Below, piece by piece: positions 23,100 to 37,009 of a stretch of 64,000 nt of DNA. Every line of letters begins with the position of its first letter. Positions within the stretch are counted from its first letter, which is position 1. The stretch is taken from positions 1 to 64,000 of the forward strand of contig NW_021835476.1 in NCBI RefSeq assembly GCF_006345805.1, given 5' to 3'. The notes under the pieces were generated by a model. That model saw only the letters and a program-made list of their open reading frames with translations, had not been told where the DNA came from and did not search any database. The translations under genes were made by a program, and so were the position numbers. This stretch comes from Octopus sinensis. Its lineage: Eukaryota.

Positions 23100-26000
23100 A
23101 AATATTCAAATTTGGCTGGATCAAAATTTGTGCCGATTTCAACCCTTTTCCAATCAAAGTTAGATCTTGATGCACGAAGGTTGCTAGAGTGATTCGTGGT
23201 TTCCTCGGAGATTGTTCCGGATGGGAGACGTAGTGGTGTTCCATTGCGAGATTTGCGGGAGTTTTCTTGTCCATTCTTAGGATGTGACCGAATAAGCCCA
23301 TCTCTTACTTCTTATTTCTTCGTCCAACGAGTGTACATTGTACTTGGAGTAGAGAAGTTTGTTTGATATGCGTTTTGGCTAAAAGATTCTTAGGATGTGT
23401 GTTTCAGCTGCATTCTGTGGAAGGAATTCAGATTTTCCATTTCGTGCACTGTGAAAGAGGAGGATTGTACAATAAGACTGGTTTTACGAACATATTGTAT
23501 AGTTTGATTTTTAGAGACGCGAAATTTTTTGCCTCTCAACCATATGTTGTTTAATCTTTTAAGCGCGAAAGTTGCTAGTGATTTTCTTCGTATCATGTCT
23601 TGTGTATCTCCTAAGAGAGTGCCAAGTTTCTTGTATGCCTCCATTTTTCCTCGTGTCGTTTGTCACATCGCCTCACTATAGTGTATTCTGGTTTTCTCAG
23701 TGTGATTTTTAGAATGATTTTTCAAAAGTGTTGGCCAATTTGTCTATAGTACCTTCTAATTGGTGTCTGTTGCCGTGAAATCTATGTCATCTGCAAAGAT
23801 GACTTCTTTAATATGTCTGGGGATATTATTCCTGGCATTCGTAGGGGTCGCTCCAGATATACGATGAATAAGACGGTGCCCTTGTTTGTTACAAATACTC
23901 TGAATTTCTGATTTTCGAGCTGGATAAATACAGTAGACTATTCATTTAACGAAAATGAAAATTGAGCATTCGTTAAATGAATTTAACGAAAAAAATTGTT
24001 TAATTAAAAATGTGTCATGTAATCGGTATTTTAGGTTCCTTCTTTTATTTTTGCCAATATATTTCTCAAATTTGTAATTAGGTGAAATGTTCACCAGATT
24101 ATTGCAAAAAATATTTTCAATATTTTCCAAATATTTAAGTGCATCTGCATAACCAATGGGATTGTCATTTGTGCTATCTATTTCTTCATGCCTTTTTTTC
24201 TTCCTCACATTGTATTGTATCAAGATACGCGTTTTCTTCCTTTCGCAGACGACAGTGCACAGACAGGAAACTCAATCATAATTTCACTTTATTATCTTTA
24301 ATTGTAAGGTGATTTAATTTAATACCTTTTTCGTCAGTGGATTCTTCAAGTATTTTTTCATCTATCTTCGCCCAATTATTTAATGCCTTGTTAAAGCAAT
24401 TTTTGATAGTGTCCACTGTGACTTCGTTCCAAGCCTCAATAATTAAGGTAGAGCATTCACTAATTTGAATTTGGTAAGTTCATCTGTATATGACAATGTT
24501 CCTATATTTGTTCCCATACTCTCAATTTCTAGTCATTTTCCTTTTTATACAACGATTTAAATGAATGCACAATCCCTTGATCAATTGGTTGAATCTCAGA
24601 TGTTGTCTTTGGAGGAAGAAAATACAATTCGATATTACTGAATTCGACATCAAAATAGTGAACTGGCGCATTATCTAAAAGAAGCAAATCTTTCTATTTT
24701 CCACACTCATTTTGGAATTTAACCGTTCAACCCAGTTTTTAAAAATTAAACTGGTCATCCAAGATTTATTGCTATTTCCATATTGAATCCCAAGATTATT
24801 CATATTAATATTTTAAACCATGAGGATTTTTGAATTTTCCGATTACCAACGGATGCTCTTTATCTCCTTCCATATTTGTGCATAATAACAGTGTTATTCG
24901 TTTTTAGAAAATTTTCCTGAAGCCCTTGATTCGGAGTCAAGAACTAATGTTTTTTTGGAGTACATTTGAAAAAAGGGCAGTTTCATCGCAGTTGTAAAAT
25001 TTTTCGATCCATATTTTTTTAACATGGCTGCAAAGCGTTCATATGAATCTAAGCAAAACGGGATCCACTATTGTTCTTCTCCAGAATCGTGAGTGTTTTT
25101 ATTTTATACTCTTCCTTAAAGGGTGAAATCCATGGGTGAGATGCTTTGAAATTTTCAATATAAAATCGTTGAGCAATTTTGAGTGCCATTTCGCGTACCA
25201 TTTTATTAGTTATGGTGTGATTACAGAAACGTTTGTTCTGAATCCATGCATATAGTGGTTCATATATCTTATCAGTACAACTTTTAATGTAATATTCTTT
25301 TTTGTTTGTGACGCCTTGATCCATACAATTGCATTTTCTTCAACGTTGAATTGATCACTCCAATAGGCATATTAAACCGCTGAGCCAAATTTTCTTGAGT
25401 AACATCAGGATTATTTTTCTTGAATCAATAACTTCCAGTTTTTGTTGAATTTGATAAGTTTTTCTTTTTTTCTTCATATTGTTCAACCTTGCACACATGG
25501 TTTACTACAAAGAAATAGCGAGGAAAAATTATTTTAATTTTATCAAAAATTTTAAGTTTCGTTATTTAAATATTCGTTAAATATATTTAAATATTCACTA
25601 ATCAAAGAAAAAAATTTTATTTTTGAATTTATCTAAGGAAAAACGTAAAAAAATATTTTGACTTTCGTAAAATGAATATTTTCGTTAAATTTTTTTTGTA
25701 AATGGATAGTCTACTGTAGTTGAGTGGAGGAGAGTAGATAACAATTATTCTGATGCAATCTTTTTTGAGTAATGGCGTTAATATTTGTATCATCTTAATT
25801 CTACTGATTGAGTCGAATGCTTTAGATAAGTCGATTCCCATTATGTGATACTCCTCTTTATATTTTTGGCACGAAGCACACATCCATTTGTGGCTCCAAA
25901 CAGCATCGGAAGTGATCTTCCAGGGACAAACCCACTTTGGCTGGGTCCGATAAATTCACGTAATGGGCCTTTAATTTTCTCCAAAGCATTAGTGATAAAT

Positions 26001-26420
26001 TTTTACGAATGAGTTGAGTAGTATGATTGGTCTTAAGCTGTTTAGCTTTCCTTTTTCCTTCCCGCTTTATGTAAGGGAATTTATTTTCCGATTCCGATGT
26101 TAATTCTGGAGTGTTCTTTAAAAGTTTTGTAAGTAATCAGTTTTTGGAGCTCTTCAGGAGCATATTTCATGAGCTCTGCATTAACATTATCTGGACCTGG
26201 AGCTTTTGAGTTGTTTAGTCTGGTCACAGATTTTTTAACTTCCGTTAAAGTAATTTCTTTAGATAGCCTTCTGGGCCCTCCATCGAAAGGGTAAAGGGTT
26301 TCTTCGTTTTCAAAATTGAAATATTTTTCAAAGTGGTCGGCTATAGTGTCTGTGCGTTCCTGGTTCTTGTAAATAGTTCTTCCGAGTTTATCATGAACTG
26401 CTGGGTTTTCCGATTTCATG
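23100..26420 (-). mobile_element. APE-type LINE (RT and C-terminal region), interrupted by a Tigger element
   Basis: EVKKSVTRLNNSKAPGPDNVNAELMKY, GIDLSKAFDSI, IFADDI-like motif, YKKLGTLLG, WGLFGHILRM; several frameshifts and stops. Confidence 0.85.
23931..25716 (-). mobile_element. pogo/Tigger-like transposon nested in the LINE
   Basis: TIR CAGTAGACTAT(T/C)CATTTA with TA duplication; remnants LYAWIQ...ITNKMVREMALKIA...FKASHPWI and YNCDETALF. Confidence 0.88.
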
Positions 26421-26505
26421 AACTGCTAAAAATCTTTGATCAGTCTTTTTAATCCAAAACTCCGCGATTATAAGACAAAAATAAGTTTTCTAAGAACTAA
26501 GGATA

Positions 26506-26726
26506 CAGCGATACAAATAAAAAACGGAACACTCATTTTCTCGATTTTTTCCTATTGAATGATTGATTTATTTTAACAAAAATAGAATTTTTAGAAGACA
26601 AACATAACTTTAGCCTTTAAAAAAATAAAAACAACTTAAATTTCGGACCGTAATTAAATCCAGTTTTGTCCAAACAAAATAAAATAGAGAACAAAAGAGT
26701 TTTTTAAACCATTTTTTATTTCGCTG
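26506..26726. mobile_element. Putative Tc1/mariner-type MITE (221 bp)
   Basis: Imperfect TIR CAGCGA(TAC)AAATAAAAAA(C/T)GG flanked by TA; no ORF. Confidence 0.55.
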
Positions 26727-27046
26727 TATATTCCCCAACAGTTCCTAGTAGTATAGACTAGCACTCGCTGGATGATTGTGCAGATTATTATTAGCACTAT
26801 CATAGGAACATAATTTAAAGAAAATTTTGACGATTGACAGTCTCAATGTTCTTTTCTTGAAGTGAATTTGAAAACAGCTTATCATTGGTTTGAAAATAAA
26901 GACAAAAAAGACATCCAAGAGGAGGTAAAAGACATTCAAAAAAATCAAATAAATATAAATGAATTAATCAGTTCCTCAGATCACTTTGAAAGATTGTGCC
27001 GAGAAAATAGGAAATAATTATTCAATGTCTGTGTCTGTTACAACAG

Positions 27047-27118
27047 TAAGTACCATCGAAGACGAATTCAAGAGGACTCTGAAGCACGCCTCCCGTGGAA
27101 TACTGTCCATGGCCAACA
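27047..27118 (+). pseudogene. Isolated cyclophilin (PPIL2/PPIL3-like) exon
   Basis: STIEDEFKRTLKHASRGILSMAN matches the cyclophilin motif F.DEF...L.H..RG.LSMAN. Bounded by ...acaacag and gtgagt..., with no other cyclophilin sequence nearby. Confidence 0.6.
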
Positions 27119-28261
27119 GTGAGTCTAGAGTCAAAAAAGACCTAGAGTCACTCTCCCTGTTGTTCTAAACAAGGATCTTAATAAAATTAGAAAAAACTCA
27201 AATGTGCAAAAGACCTAGAAGAACAACAAGCAGACGCGAATACAGATACCGATGGAGAAGTTTGGTGAATAAAATCTCGAAACGTGTGGCACAAGCGGTA
27301 CCTTAATTAATTTACATTCTTTGGTTCTGTGAACGTCCTTTCAATAATAATAATGGCTGAGTCGTATCAAATCAAATCTGAATTTACGTTTCCAATAGAG
27401 ATTGGAGCGATTTTTGCTAGGACCATTATCAGAGCTATTTCGTTGGAATTAATCTCTCCGTAGGAGATCATTGGAAATGTACTACGATTAATAAAAATAC
27501 AATTCTTTCGTAGGAATATAGTTCATACATATTAGTCATCATTTCTTTATTAATTCCTTTATTCCCAAGGTCTTGTGACCAATCTACAATGTTTTGTTTA
27601 CTTAATTTATATCTTTTCATTGCATATCGGCCTTCCACAGTTCGAGCCTATCACCTTTAAGCAATCAAGTTCAAACCGCACTGAATGCATAATCCACAAT
27701 TTCTCTGATCTTGTTTTTTACGTCAACAAATACCAGAAGAAAGATGTACGTTATAATCAATCCATGTAAGATATACTGTCAAACGTTATTTTACAAACGG
27801 AAGTTTCAAGTCCGATGTAAAGCGCCATTGCTTTTTCATTGGTCTATTCGAGTGAGAAAATTCTTTAACCGTGTCGGTAAATCAGTTAATTCACATTTTA
27901 TAAGTCACTTTTCAAGTTTCTATAAACTTTTTATACCTGAAATTAGTTCTTCTGAGCATTTCTTTCTGCCCCAATTTCCTACATTTAATTCTTTGACTGT
28001 TCAGATTTGTTTAAAGTTGTTTCATATGAAAAAAGATAGTTCTGTCCTCTCTTACTTGTTCACAAAAAATATCTTGTCGGAACCACCACTGTGTGTCAGA
28101 CGCCTACTCATTCTTAATATAACTCCCAACATTGCCTCAAAAAAAGCTGTCGAGAGTATGTTGATGATTTTGACGAATTCTAAGATTATATGTAACAAGT
28201 CTATGCATCTTTGTAATATAAAGAAAATTGGTCAAAATATAAATAAATATAAATGATCGTC

Positions 28262-30786
28262 TTAATGGTACGAATTTCTCAGTTCGTTGATGATCTTCAG
28301 GAGGGCGTCAGAAATGTGTCTTTGAGACACAGGGAATCCTTCAACGTTCGCTTGTTCAATAAGAGAAACGACTGTCCGTCAAAATGCATGGATCTCAGCA
28401 CGGAAGCCACATTTCGGCATTTCGTAGACTCGATGTACGTTATCAAATCCTCACAGGACCAGTCCCGTGGGTCTTTTAGTAGGGAATTTTTATTTTCCTC
28501 AGAAAGTGGCAGAGTTTGAATACATTCAAGTTTTCTTTTAGATTTGGAGCAGATCTCAGGAATTGAGAAATCTTTTTTACGTTGTTTGGATTTTGGAATT
28601 TTTGGGTTGCCTTGTTAATTTAATTTATTTAAATATACATAGTAAACAAGGTTTTCCTGATAAATTGACGAGGGAAATTAAATTCGGACAAGCTTTTAAT
28701 TTTAGACACAATTTGAGTAGAAAGTGACTCAGTTGTTCCGCAGAATCACAGACCTCAAACTTGAGAAAACTGTCGAATTTACTGTTTATTAAGTACATAA
28801 ATTCAAAAATACTTTTTTACGGATATCTGTATTGAACTGGTTAAATCTCCGAAAACACTTAAAATTTCTTTCAGACGTTTAAAATTTGATGTACATCCAA
28901 GAATATACTCATATAGTGACCTAAGGACCAAAGAAATTGGCCCAGGTCCAATTATTTTGGGAATTCGAAGTATTTCTGACACATACAAGTACTTTCCGGA
29001 GTAGCACTGAGCATTAATGAAGATCTCAGGACTCCAAAGGTCCTCAATTCTCCTAATTTCCACGTGGTCGTCCAACATATTTGATAAAAGAGCTTTCAAC
29101 AGTATACTTTTATCTTGTTCACATAGTTGTGGCAATTTTGGCTGACTGAGTGGATAATCGTTTGATTCAGCCCACCCAAAGGGGAGGACTTGAGGACTGT
29201 AAACTGAATAGATCAAAGGCGATTCCTCGTTTATTTTGACAAAAATTAAATGTCCAGCAACTTTGAGGATTGTGGCTGGGCAGACACTTTGATTATTCGT
29301 AGGATTAATCACTTGAAGCTTCATCCCGGGTTCGAATCCAGGCTTTTTCTTAAACTGAAAGAAATAGTTTTTTATTAATATTTACTGTTCTTATGAACGA
29401 TTTTGGAGCTTTTTCAAGTCCCTTTCCAATCCCTCTGTGTTTACTCCACCGAAAAAGTTTTCTGGTCCCTTTAACATGAGACCATCAAGCACAACCATCA
29501 GACAACGTAAGAGGCAGTTTGTGTCTCACAGAAAACTCAACAGGAAGGATTCCATCAGAAAGAGAATAAAAAGATTCAATTTTTGTACCAGATTCGATTG
29601 AATCAATTTTAATGCACGTGTTGTCGATTATTTCGCTAATTTTTGCTGGAAATAGAATCTGTCTGGTCTTCAAATCCAAAGCCTCGACTGCCATTCCAAC
29701 TTTCAGTTTATGAACGGTTACTTCAAAGGGAATCTAAACCAAGTTAGAGGTCCTCGGCTACCTCAAATAGAAATGCTGGCACAGAAAGCACTTCTGTATT
29801 CCGAAATAAAAAAAACACAAATAAAAACCCTAAAGTTATCTCAAACAGTTTGACTCCTTCAAAAATAAGTATTCAGTCAACATACCTTCAATTTTGGGGA
29901 GTCCATATTCAATATTATTCTGTGCACCATACCCAACAGGGCAAAGTCTATGTGAAGTGCAAAAAATCCAAAATTCAGAGAAATTTATATCCGGACATAT
30001 CCATTTTAACAATAAATATCCTCCAACATTTTTTATGATCTTTGCAAACCAAACCATAGACAAGTGCCTTCTCCTATGCTTTACTTCCATGTACTTTCCC
30101 ACAAGACCCTGAGAGCTCCATGTGAATATATTTTTCTAAGAATAATGCGAGAGAAATACTTTTATAAGGAATTCATCTTTAAAGGAATAACAATTCGTCA
30201 AAGTCTGTGCAATCTCTTCTTGCATGTTTTTGTCATCCATGAACGGAGGATATCGATAAAGTAGGCCGTTTTCTCCTCCGTGGTAAAGTTGTTTGATTTT
30301 CGGTGAGTCAATTTTGATGGAAAAAGTTTTTTTGTCCCCTAAAAACTGAACTTTGATCAACGGATATTTTATTTCGAGAACTTTGATGAACCAAACAGCG
30401 TTAGCTTCGACTTGATACTCATAAATTTGGTCCCCGTTTCTCAGAGGGCATTCCACAGCATAAGCAATATGAGGAAATGCATTTGGGGAATACTCGAGAG
30501 AGTTAAATTCTTTTTTATTTTCTAAATCTTTGAAGGAAGTATCAGGCGGCAACTTCAAAGGTTTCATTTCTATAAGCACGTGATCAATTTGACTTTGTTC
30601 GAGCTTTGTCACATAGGAGGAAATATCATGAAGAACAGTTTTGTCTTTAAGAAATTGTTTTATGATCTTTGCCAATGAAAAATTGTGGAAGGTTTTGTCA
30701 GATTCGTTGACAAGATCAGGAATACTGAATTTCGAATTTTTTGTTGTTGTATGATTTTCATTGGCAGTTACAGGAGATTCGTCCAT
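28262..30786 (-). CDS. SFMBT1: SFMBT-like Polycomb protein (MBT repeats + SLED + SAM); start may lie further upstream
   Basis: MBT repeats (GKYMEVKH, GMAVEALD, GFEPGMKLQVINP...VCPATI...LPFGWAE), SLED (IFINAQCYSGKYL...IPKIIGPGPISLVLR...LKLKACPNLI) and C-terminal SAM (DPRDWSCEDLITYIESTKC...FDGQSFLLL). Confidence 0.85.
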
Positions 30787-32499
30787 AGAATCAGGTTTAT
30801 CTCGACTGATAAAATTAGAATAAAAAAAGAATGAGAATATACATTAATTATTGTTTAATCCGTTAATACAATATCATTTCTGACTTACTCGACCTAATTA
30901 CTGTTCATTTACCAGCACCAAAGCGTAGCAATTATATATTAATACAACATATCGTCATATATAGCAAATATAATCTCTCACTCAAACACAATGCATTCGC
31001 GTAGACTAACTAACATAAACTCATAACGCATAGTGTACATACAAACAATGATAAAAAACCTACCAAACAACGTATGTATCTTTGCAATATAATGTATGTA
31101 TTCATATATCAACGAGAAAGTAGCGTATTTCGCCGTTAAATCAATATTTCACGATTATATACGCTTGAGCGCTGTGGCTTTGGATGCTGGTATGTGGAGC
31201 TGCTAGTTTTTGGTATTTATGTGACTATTTTGTGATTTAAATTATCTGCGACAAGTTTAGATAACCAAAAATTTCGCTGCACCGTACGAATTGTCAAAAT
31301 TGTGTTGGGATCGAAACTATTTATGCAGGAATTATAAATAGATTCCATCACTTTAGAAACAAACGTTTTCATGTAGTTTTAATTACATGAAATTAAGGAA
31401 ATTGATTGATTCGTGGTTCATTTGTATATTAAATCATTTAATCAAAGCGCAAAGTAACCTATTCCATAATATTAAGATCGATATAAAAATTAAAATTTAT
31501 CTAATTATCGATCAAAAGATAATTTTATGAAAACAATATGTTTTTTTTGACAACTTTTACATTTACAAATTTTTTTTATTTACAATAGTAATTAGATAGG
31601 TTGAAATAATATTTGACCTAAATGATATTCTTTAAGCATTATCTCGAATAGAATTTATTTTTTAATCTATTGATTTTTATGACAAGTTATAGGTAGCAAG
31701 CAACCTATTATTCAAATTGTCTTTGTCAGATATAAATTCATTAAAATTGGTTAGTCAATTTAAAGATTTTAATTATTAATTTAGTTAACTGACAATTGTT
31801 TTGTTCATTTAATCAATTTACTTAAAAAAAAAATTTAAGAATTATCTAGCAGAATACAATATTCAAATGATATGAATTTTACAAAAAAACAGTCAAAAAA
31901 CAATATTTTTTCCAATATCAAATGCAATATACACATTTTAATTGTTTGTTTATCGCATTTATAAAAATCAAATGAAATAGGTAATGGTTTTCTTCAAATT
32001 AGTATTTTTTTATTTATTCCAAATATTTCTTCTGAAGTATAAAATAATTATTCCATTTTATTGAGTAATAAAAAATTATAATAGCATTTCTAAGCATCTA
32101 TATTCTTTTTAAAACAATCTTTGTCTCTTATGCCCAACTATCATAGTCGGGACATAGAGGTCCTTGTCCACTCGTATTCCTGATTCAGAAGAATCCTTCG
32201 GTTGACACTTAATCACTGCTTACTCTCTTCGGGAACCGATATTCCATGTCTTGTCTCCACCTGCATACTCTCCAATGTTTTTCTTAAAAAAAGTATAAAA
32301 AATATTCATATAATTGCAAGTTATTGATTAATATATTTAAAGTCACACACGTAAAATACGAGACAGTCATAATTTCACTGAGTTATCAAATTATATTCAA
32401 ACAATATAATTTCGCAATTATTGATTACATCATTATGATTTTGTTGTCAAAAAAACTTAGTAGATTATTGTAAATTACTAAGTAAAGTCAACAAACTAA

Positions 32500-32690
32500 T
32501 AAATTCTCCCAGCGAGACGGAGGGAACAGCTGTTGCCACGCATGACAGCCAGCAGGATCCTCTGAATGAGGAAAGTAAATTCCCTAGGGTCCTTGGACCG
32601 CGAAGAACAAAGATGTCCCAATGATTGATTAGAGATTAGATTGATTAGAGAGATTAGATTCATTATGATTGATTAGAGACTATAGTTAAT
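32500..32690 (+). mobile_element. Probable LINE 3' end with (GATTAGA/GATT)n microsatellite tail
   Basis: GC-rich ~120 bp followed by gattgattagagattagattgattagagagattagatt repeats. Confidence 0.4.
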
Positions 32691-32816
32691 ACTTGAACTC
32701 TTGTTTAAGACCGATACGATCTATATGAGATATAAGAGAATATTTTTTGATGAATATAATTGCGTTAAGAATTATCATAAATTAATTAATGTCGCAAATT
32801 ATGATCAATTCCTACA

Positions 32817-33089
32817 ATGCTATTGGAAAATAGACATTCTGTAGTAAGACTCGTAGATATGTCGGAATCCCTTCAACAAGAAGCTATCGAATGTGCCAGA
32901 AGAGCATTGAAGCAGAGTGATTCGGAGAGGGACATTGCTATGTTTATTAAAAATGAGTTTCATCTCCTGCACAGTCCGATTTGGCAATGTGTGGTGGGGC
33001 AGGAATTTGGGAGTTATGTAACTTGTTGTAAAAATCATTTTATTTATTTTTATTACGGGCGACTTGCTTTTCTTTTATATAAAATATAA
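32817..33089 (+). CDS. Dynein light chain LC8 family, divergent intronless paralogue
   Basis: VVRLVDMSESLQQEAI...ERDIAMFIKNEF...WQCVVGQEFGSYVT...FIYFY...AFLLYK. Confidence 0.9.
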   Translation: MLLENRHSVVRLVDMSESLQQEAIECARRALKQSDSERDIAMFIKNEFHLLHSPIWQCVVGQEFGSYVTCCKNHFIYFYYGRLAFLLYKI

Positions 33090-33835
33090 TAATTGTGTCA
33101 ACTAAATTTAATTTGAATAATTCCCTAATTAAGGAAATCTTAACAGATATCGAATAGTAACAAATAACGGGATTTCTCTTCAGTTATTAATTGCTAGGAA
33201 TGTTTGGAAACAAAGAATATAAATTGGTTAACCACCTTGAAATAATCAAAATTTATTTTTAACAAATATAACAAAAACTAGTTTATATGACTATAAATCT
33301 GAGAATAATGATTTAAAGAATTCGTCAATAGAACAAATTTTGTATTCCTTAAATATAACATTGGATTCAACATTACAGAATTATAGTCTGTATTGTAAAA
33401 TTTATTTTTCAGGAATAACTTAATTTTTATTAGTTCATATCAAAAAGATTTCTTTTCGTGATAATAAATGTCTGCGGTCTGATTCCTTATAAGGCATTTT
33501 TAACACATGCAGTTAACAAAAAGGCTTCAAAAATCTAATAGAGTCGATTTGTAATTATTAGCAAGCTCTACCTACAGTTTGGTTCAAAAAAATTTGTTTT
33601 AGTTGATTTAATTAAATGTGAATACATTACCATTTTGAATTGTGGTTTATCAAAAATATAATATGTATTGTTGTGTTTCTTAAAATTTTTATTGATGATG
33701 AATTGATTTTTGTCACTGCTATTAAAAAACACGGCTTACTATTGCGTGATGTTATGGGTATTATTTACAGAAAAATGCTGGTTATATCTTAAAAAAATTT
33801 ACATCTGAATCAAAAAAACCATAGGGTTAGGTTAT

Positions 33836-34100
33836 CTAATTAAGGCTTATCCGACCCTTGGAAATCTCATCAGCCACTTTTCTCGACTTATTCTGGTCAT
33901 TCACAATTTCGAAAAGCTTTGATGAAGGCAATCCCGTGATGTCTTTTACCGTTGATAGCCATCGAGTCCTCGGTCGGCCAGAACTTCTCTTCCCACCAAT
34001 ATTGATCAGCATAATGGTTCTTTCCAATGAATCAGAGCGGGCGACATGTCCAAAGAACGCCAATCTGTGTTTTACAATTTTCCTTCAAGCGAAATGTGCG
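33836..34100 (-). mobile_element. RTE-like LINE 3' end
   Basis: FFGHVARSDSLERTIM...GKRSSGRPRTRWLSTVK is the typical RTE C terminus. Confidence 0.75.
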
Positions 34101-34479
34101 TATCAACCCATTTGAGTATATCGATATTTGGTATTTGGACGTCCAAATCCCAACTTGTTTAAAAATAGACTACGCAAAAATCGGACGAAAATTGCTGACA
34201 ACAGAGGATTTAAACGCTGTTCGAGTAAGGGCTAAAAACAAGGGAGCGTAGGAAAAGATGGCCAAAATGCATGACCCATGCGAAACTCTTTGTGGGCTAC
34301 GAGAAAGAGCGCTTAACTAACTAAATATTATTATTTATTAGTGGATTGACTATAGCCAGGTTTAGAGACTATTCTTTTATGAAATCCCAGTTAACTTCAG
34401 ATTAGGTTGTGTGGTTTATGTATAACGGGCGTCTCAAAACATGACTTAACAATTTATAGATTTAAGAACAAATTACGTA

Positions 34480-35150
34480 ACAAAAAATTCCATTTAATAG
34501 AACCTGCCTACCTAATGAACATCACCAATCTACATCAAAACATAACAAAAATTTAAGAACGCACGGGCCAAGGTGATCTTTTCTGGTTATGAATGAATAG
34601 TCACCCCTGAGCGGTTCTTGGTAACTGCTACCCTTTGAGATGTTTGCAAAAGTACGGTGAGGGCCGCACCTATGTCTTTCGAGGGCTGCATGTTTGACAC
34701 CCTTGTGCTAGAATTATCTTTTTATGTTAGATAGTCTTTCTCAAGGCAGTTCGGAACGAATGTCGGCACATCCCAAGGTGACCCTCTCTTACCTCTGCTA
34801 TTTTTCATTTACATGGAAGCCGCTTTGAAAGATTCTACGATGACGATTTTAACTTAACTTTCGATAAAAAAGATGCTTTAATCGATCTTTTAAACAATTC
34901 TCCGAAAACACTTAATAAATGGTTCCTCATAATCGACATTTTTAAAACCGAATTCATTCAGAAAAAAACTCAAGGACACCAGAGTTGGCGAAACTGAAGG
35001 AATGTCGAAAACATGGTCTCTAACTAAGACATCAAAGACATTTCCCACAGAAAGTTACTGGCTACTGCGGCTTTGAGCAGAATAAGCAAAGGATAGCTTC
35101 AAAGCCAGCCTTTAAGTCGCCAACTCAGATTAAGGCTTTATTGCCTTTCT
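34480..35150 (+). mobile_element. Decayed LINE RT fragment
   Basis: FGTNVGTSQGDPLLPLLFFIYMEAALKD (QG.PLSP.LF motif); broken frames. Confidence 0.6.
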
Positions 35151-35425
35151 TAAAAAATTGTAACATTATTTACCAATTTAATTTGAAAGAAAAGAAAATG
35201 AAACCAGAAAAAGTAAAAAAATCAAAAATGATTTATTTTTCAGCAGCTGTTGCAAGACTGTCATTATAATTTTATTTTTGGGATCAAGTTGAAGGCCTGA
35301 ATTTTTTTAATCATTCGGAAGTTTCCCCATCTTCTTTCCAAATGCTATATGACTCGGAATTTTTTCATTTTAGAAGTTTTATTCATTTTTGTCTTTGTCA
35401 TCGTATAATTTTAATTTGTCTAAAT

Positions 35426-36119
35426 CAGGGGTTCTCAACCTTTTTAGCTCAAGGGCCAAATCGATAATTAAGATTAGCTTCGCGGGCCGCACAAAAAATA
35501 TTTTATATAATTTTATATTTTCCAAGCCGGTAACTTGCTTGCAATCCGAAATGCAACCACTGCTGATGCGTAATGAGTTTTTGGACTCTTTTTTTTTTTA
35601 GTTTCCATTTCCTTTATAAAGAAATAAAAGCTAAAAAATCTACAAAAGGCGTTGTAACTAAAAAGAAAATATTATTTGTTTATTAAGTTTTTGAAATCCA
35701 GAATAAGTAAAGTCGAAGAAGTTCGTAAAAGCTGACGTAGAATTGTTTGATTCGTAAAAATTAATAACGGACGCATTTTTGAACAATGCCGCCAGTTCTA
35801 TATCATGTTGTAAATTAATGAGTTCTAGTTGAAACTTTGCAGGCGCATTTCTAACTTCCACGCTGAATGGAGTTGCAAATATTTTCATTAAAGGAAAGAA
35901 TTCTTTAAAATTTTAAAAATTAAATTTATATAAATGTACCCCAAAACGTGCTTCAAATTGATTAATTAAATCACCAATTATGGATATGTTTAACCTTAAG
36001 AATAAATAATTAAATTTTAACATTATTAAAAAATTTAAAAAGTTAGTTACTCTAGAGGGGCCGCAAAAAAAATCCTGGGGGCCACATGCGGCCCCGGGGG
36101 CCGCATTTGAGAACCGCTG
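35426..36119 (-). mobile_element. Non-autonomous Buster/Charlie-type hAT element
   Basis: TIR CAG(G/C)GGTTCTCAA; 8-bp TSD GTCTAAAT (35418-35425, 36120-36127; nnnTAnnn); remnant FATPFSVEVRNAPAKFQLELINLQ. Confidence 0.9.
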
Positions 36120-37009
36120 GTCTAAATAATGAAATGATTTTATTTATATGAATAATTCACAACGTATATTAATTCTTATGATAGTTGTCTAATCTAAAAT
36201 TTAAAAAACAATTAATAAAACCCAACTTGATACTTATTTAATAAATCAATTAATCATTTTATTCAAAATGAAATAAATCTAATAGAATTTTCACGTCTTC
36301 ATTTCGAACTACTCTCTATCCTCTTCATAGTCGTCCTCTCGTCAAAAGATCTTGCATCGATTTTTAAATTAAGAGTCTTTTTTGCCTACTTATTAATTTC
36401 ACATTATTTTTCTTCTTTAAAAAACGTTTTTTACGATAGTCAAATCGCTGATTTCAACTGTTGACAGTTATTTGTGTTAATTCACGAGTTTTTGTATTAA
36501 ATTTTCATACTTTCCAAAATTTTCCTTATCATAGTACTACGAATATAGGCCTTATTATCTATTTCGAATCTATTCTAAGCGAATATTTGCAAATTTAAGT
36601 TGATTATGCGGTGTTTTCAATCTACAATTACTTTTGTGAAATAATTGTTATAATCAGTTTTAATGCGAAATAGTGGTTCGTGTGGATAAATCGAAAATGT
36701 TCCGAATAAGTCCACTAATCAAATCATTTCAGTAAGGGTTTTTTCAAACTTTTTTCCAAACAATTTTCATAATGGCATTATTTTTTTCAGAATAAAAAAT
36801 TATATTAACAAATAGTAAATACTAAGCTGAGGAAGTAGTAATTGATTGTCACGCACCGGCAGCCTGTATCGCGTGTGTTTTGTTTGCCACGAAGAACCGC
36901 AATTCCAATACGCTGGCGATACAAGTATCCCTCGCAACTGTCCTTGAATTAATCAGTTGGATTGAAGCTGATCATCAGATCACTTTGAATGAAGTTCATA
37001 ATAGACAAA

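Noticed and set aside
27711-28256. 181-aa plus-strand ORF
   Set aside because: No recognisable motif and no convincing ATG context; probably antisense to an unresolved minus-strand gene downstream of SFMBT.
29325-29345. GGTTCGAATCC resembling a tRNA T-loop
   Set aside because: It is the reverse complement of codons for GFEPG in an SFMBT MBT repeat; no cloverleaf.
32610-32680. GATTAGA repeats as telomere or CRISPR-like array
   Set aside because: Irregular, short and spacer-less; follows a probable LINE 3' end. Also acctaaccct at ~33825 is a single unit.
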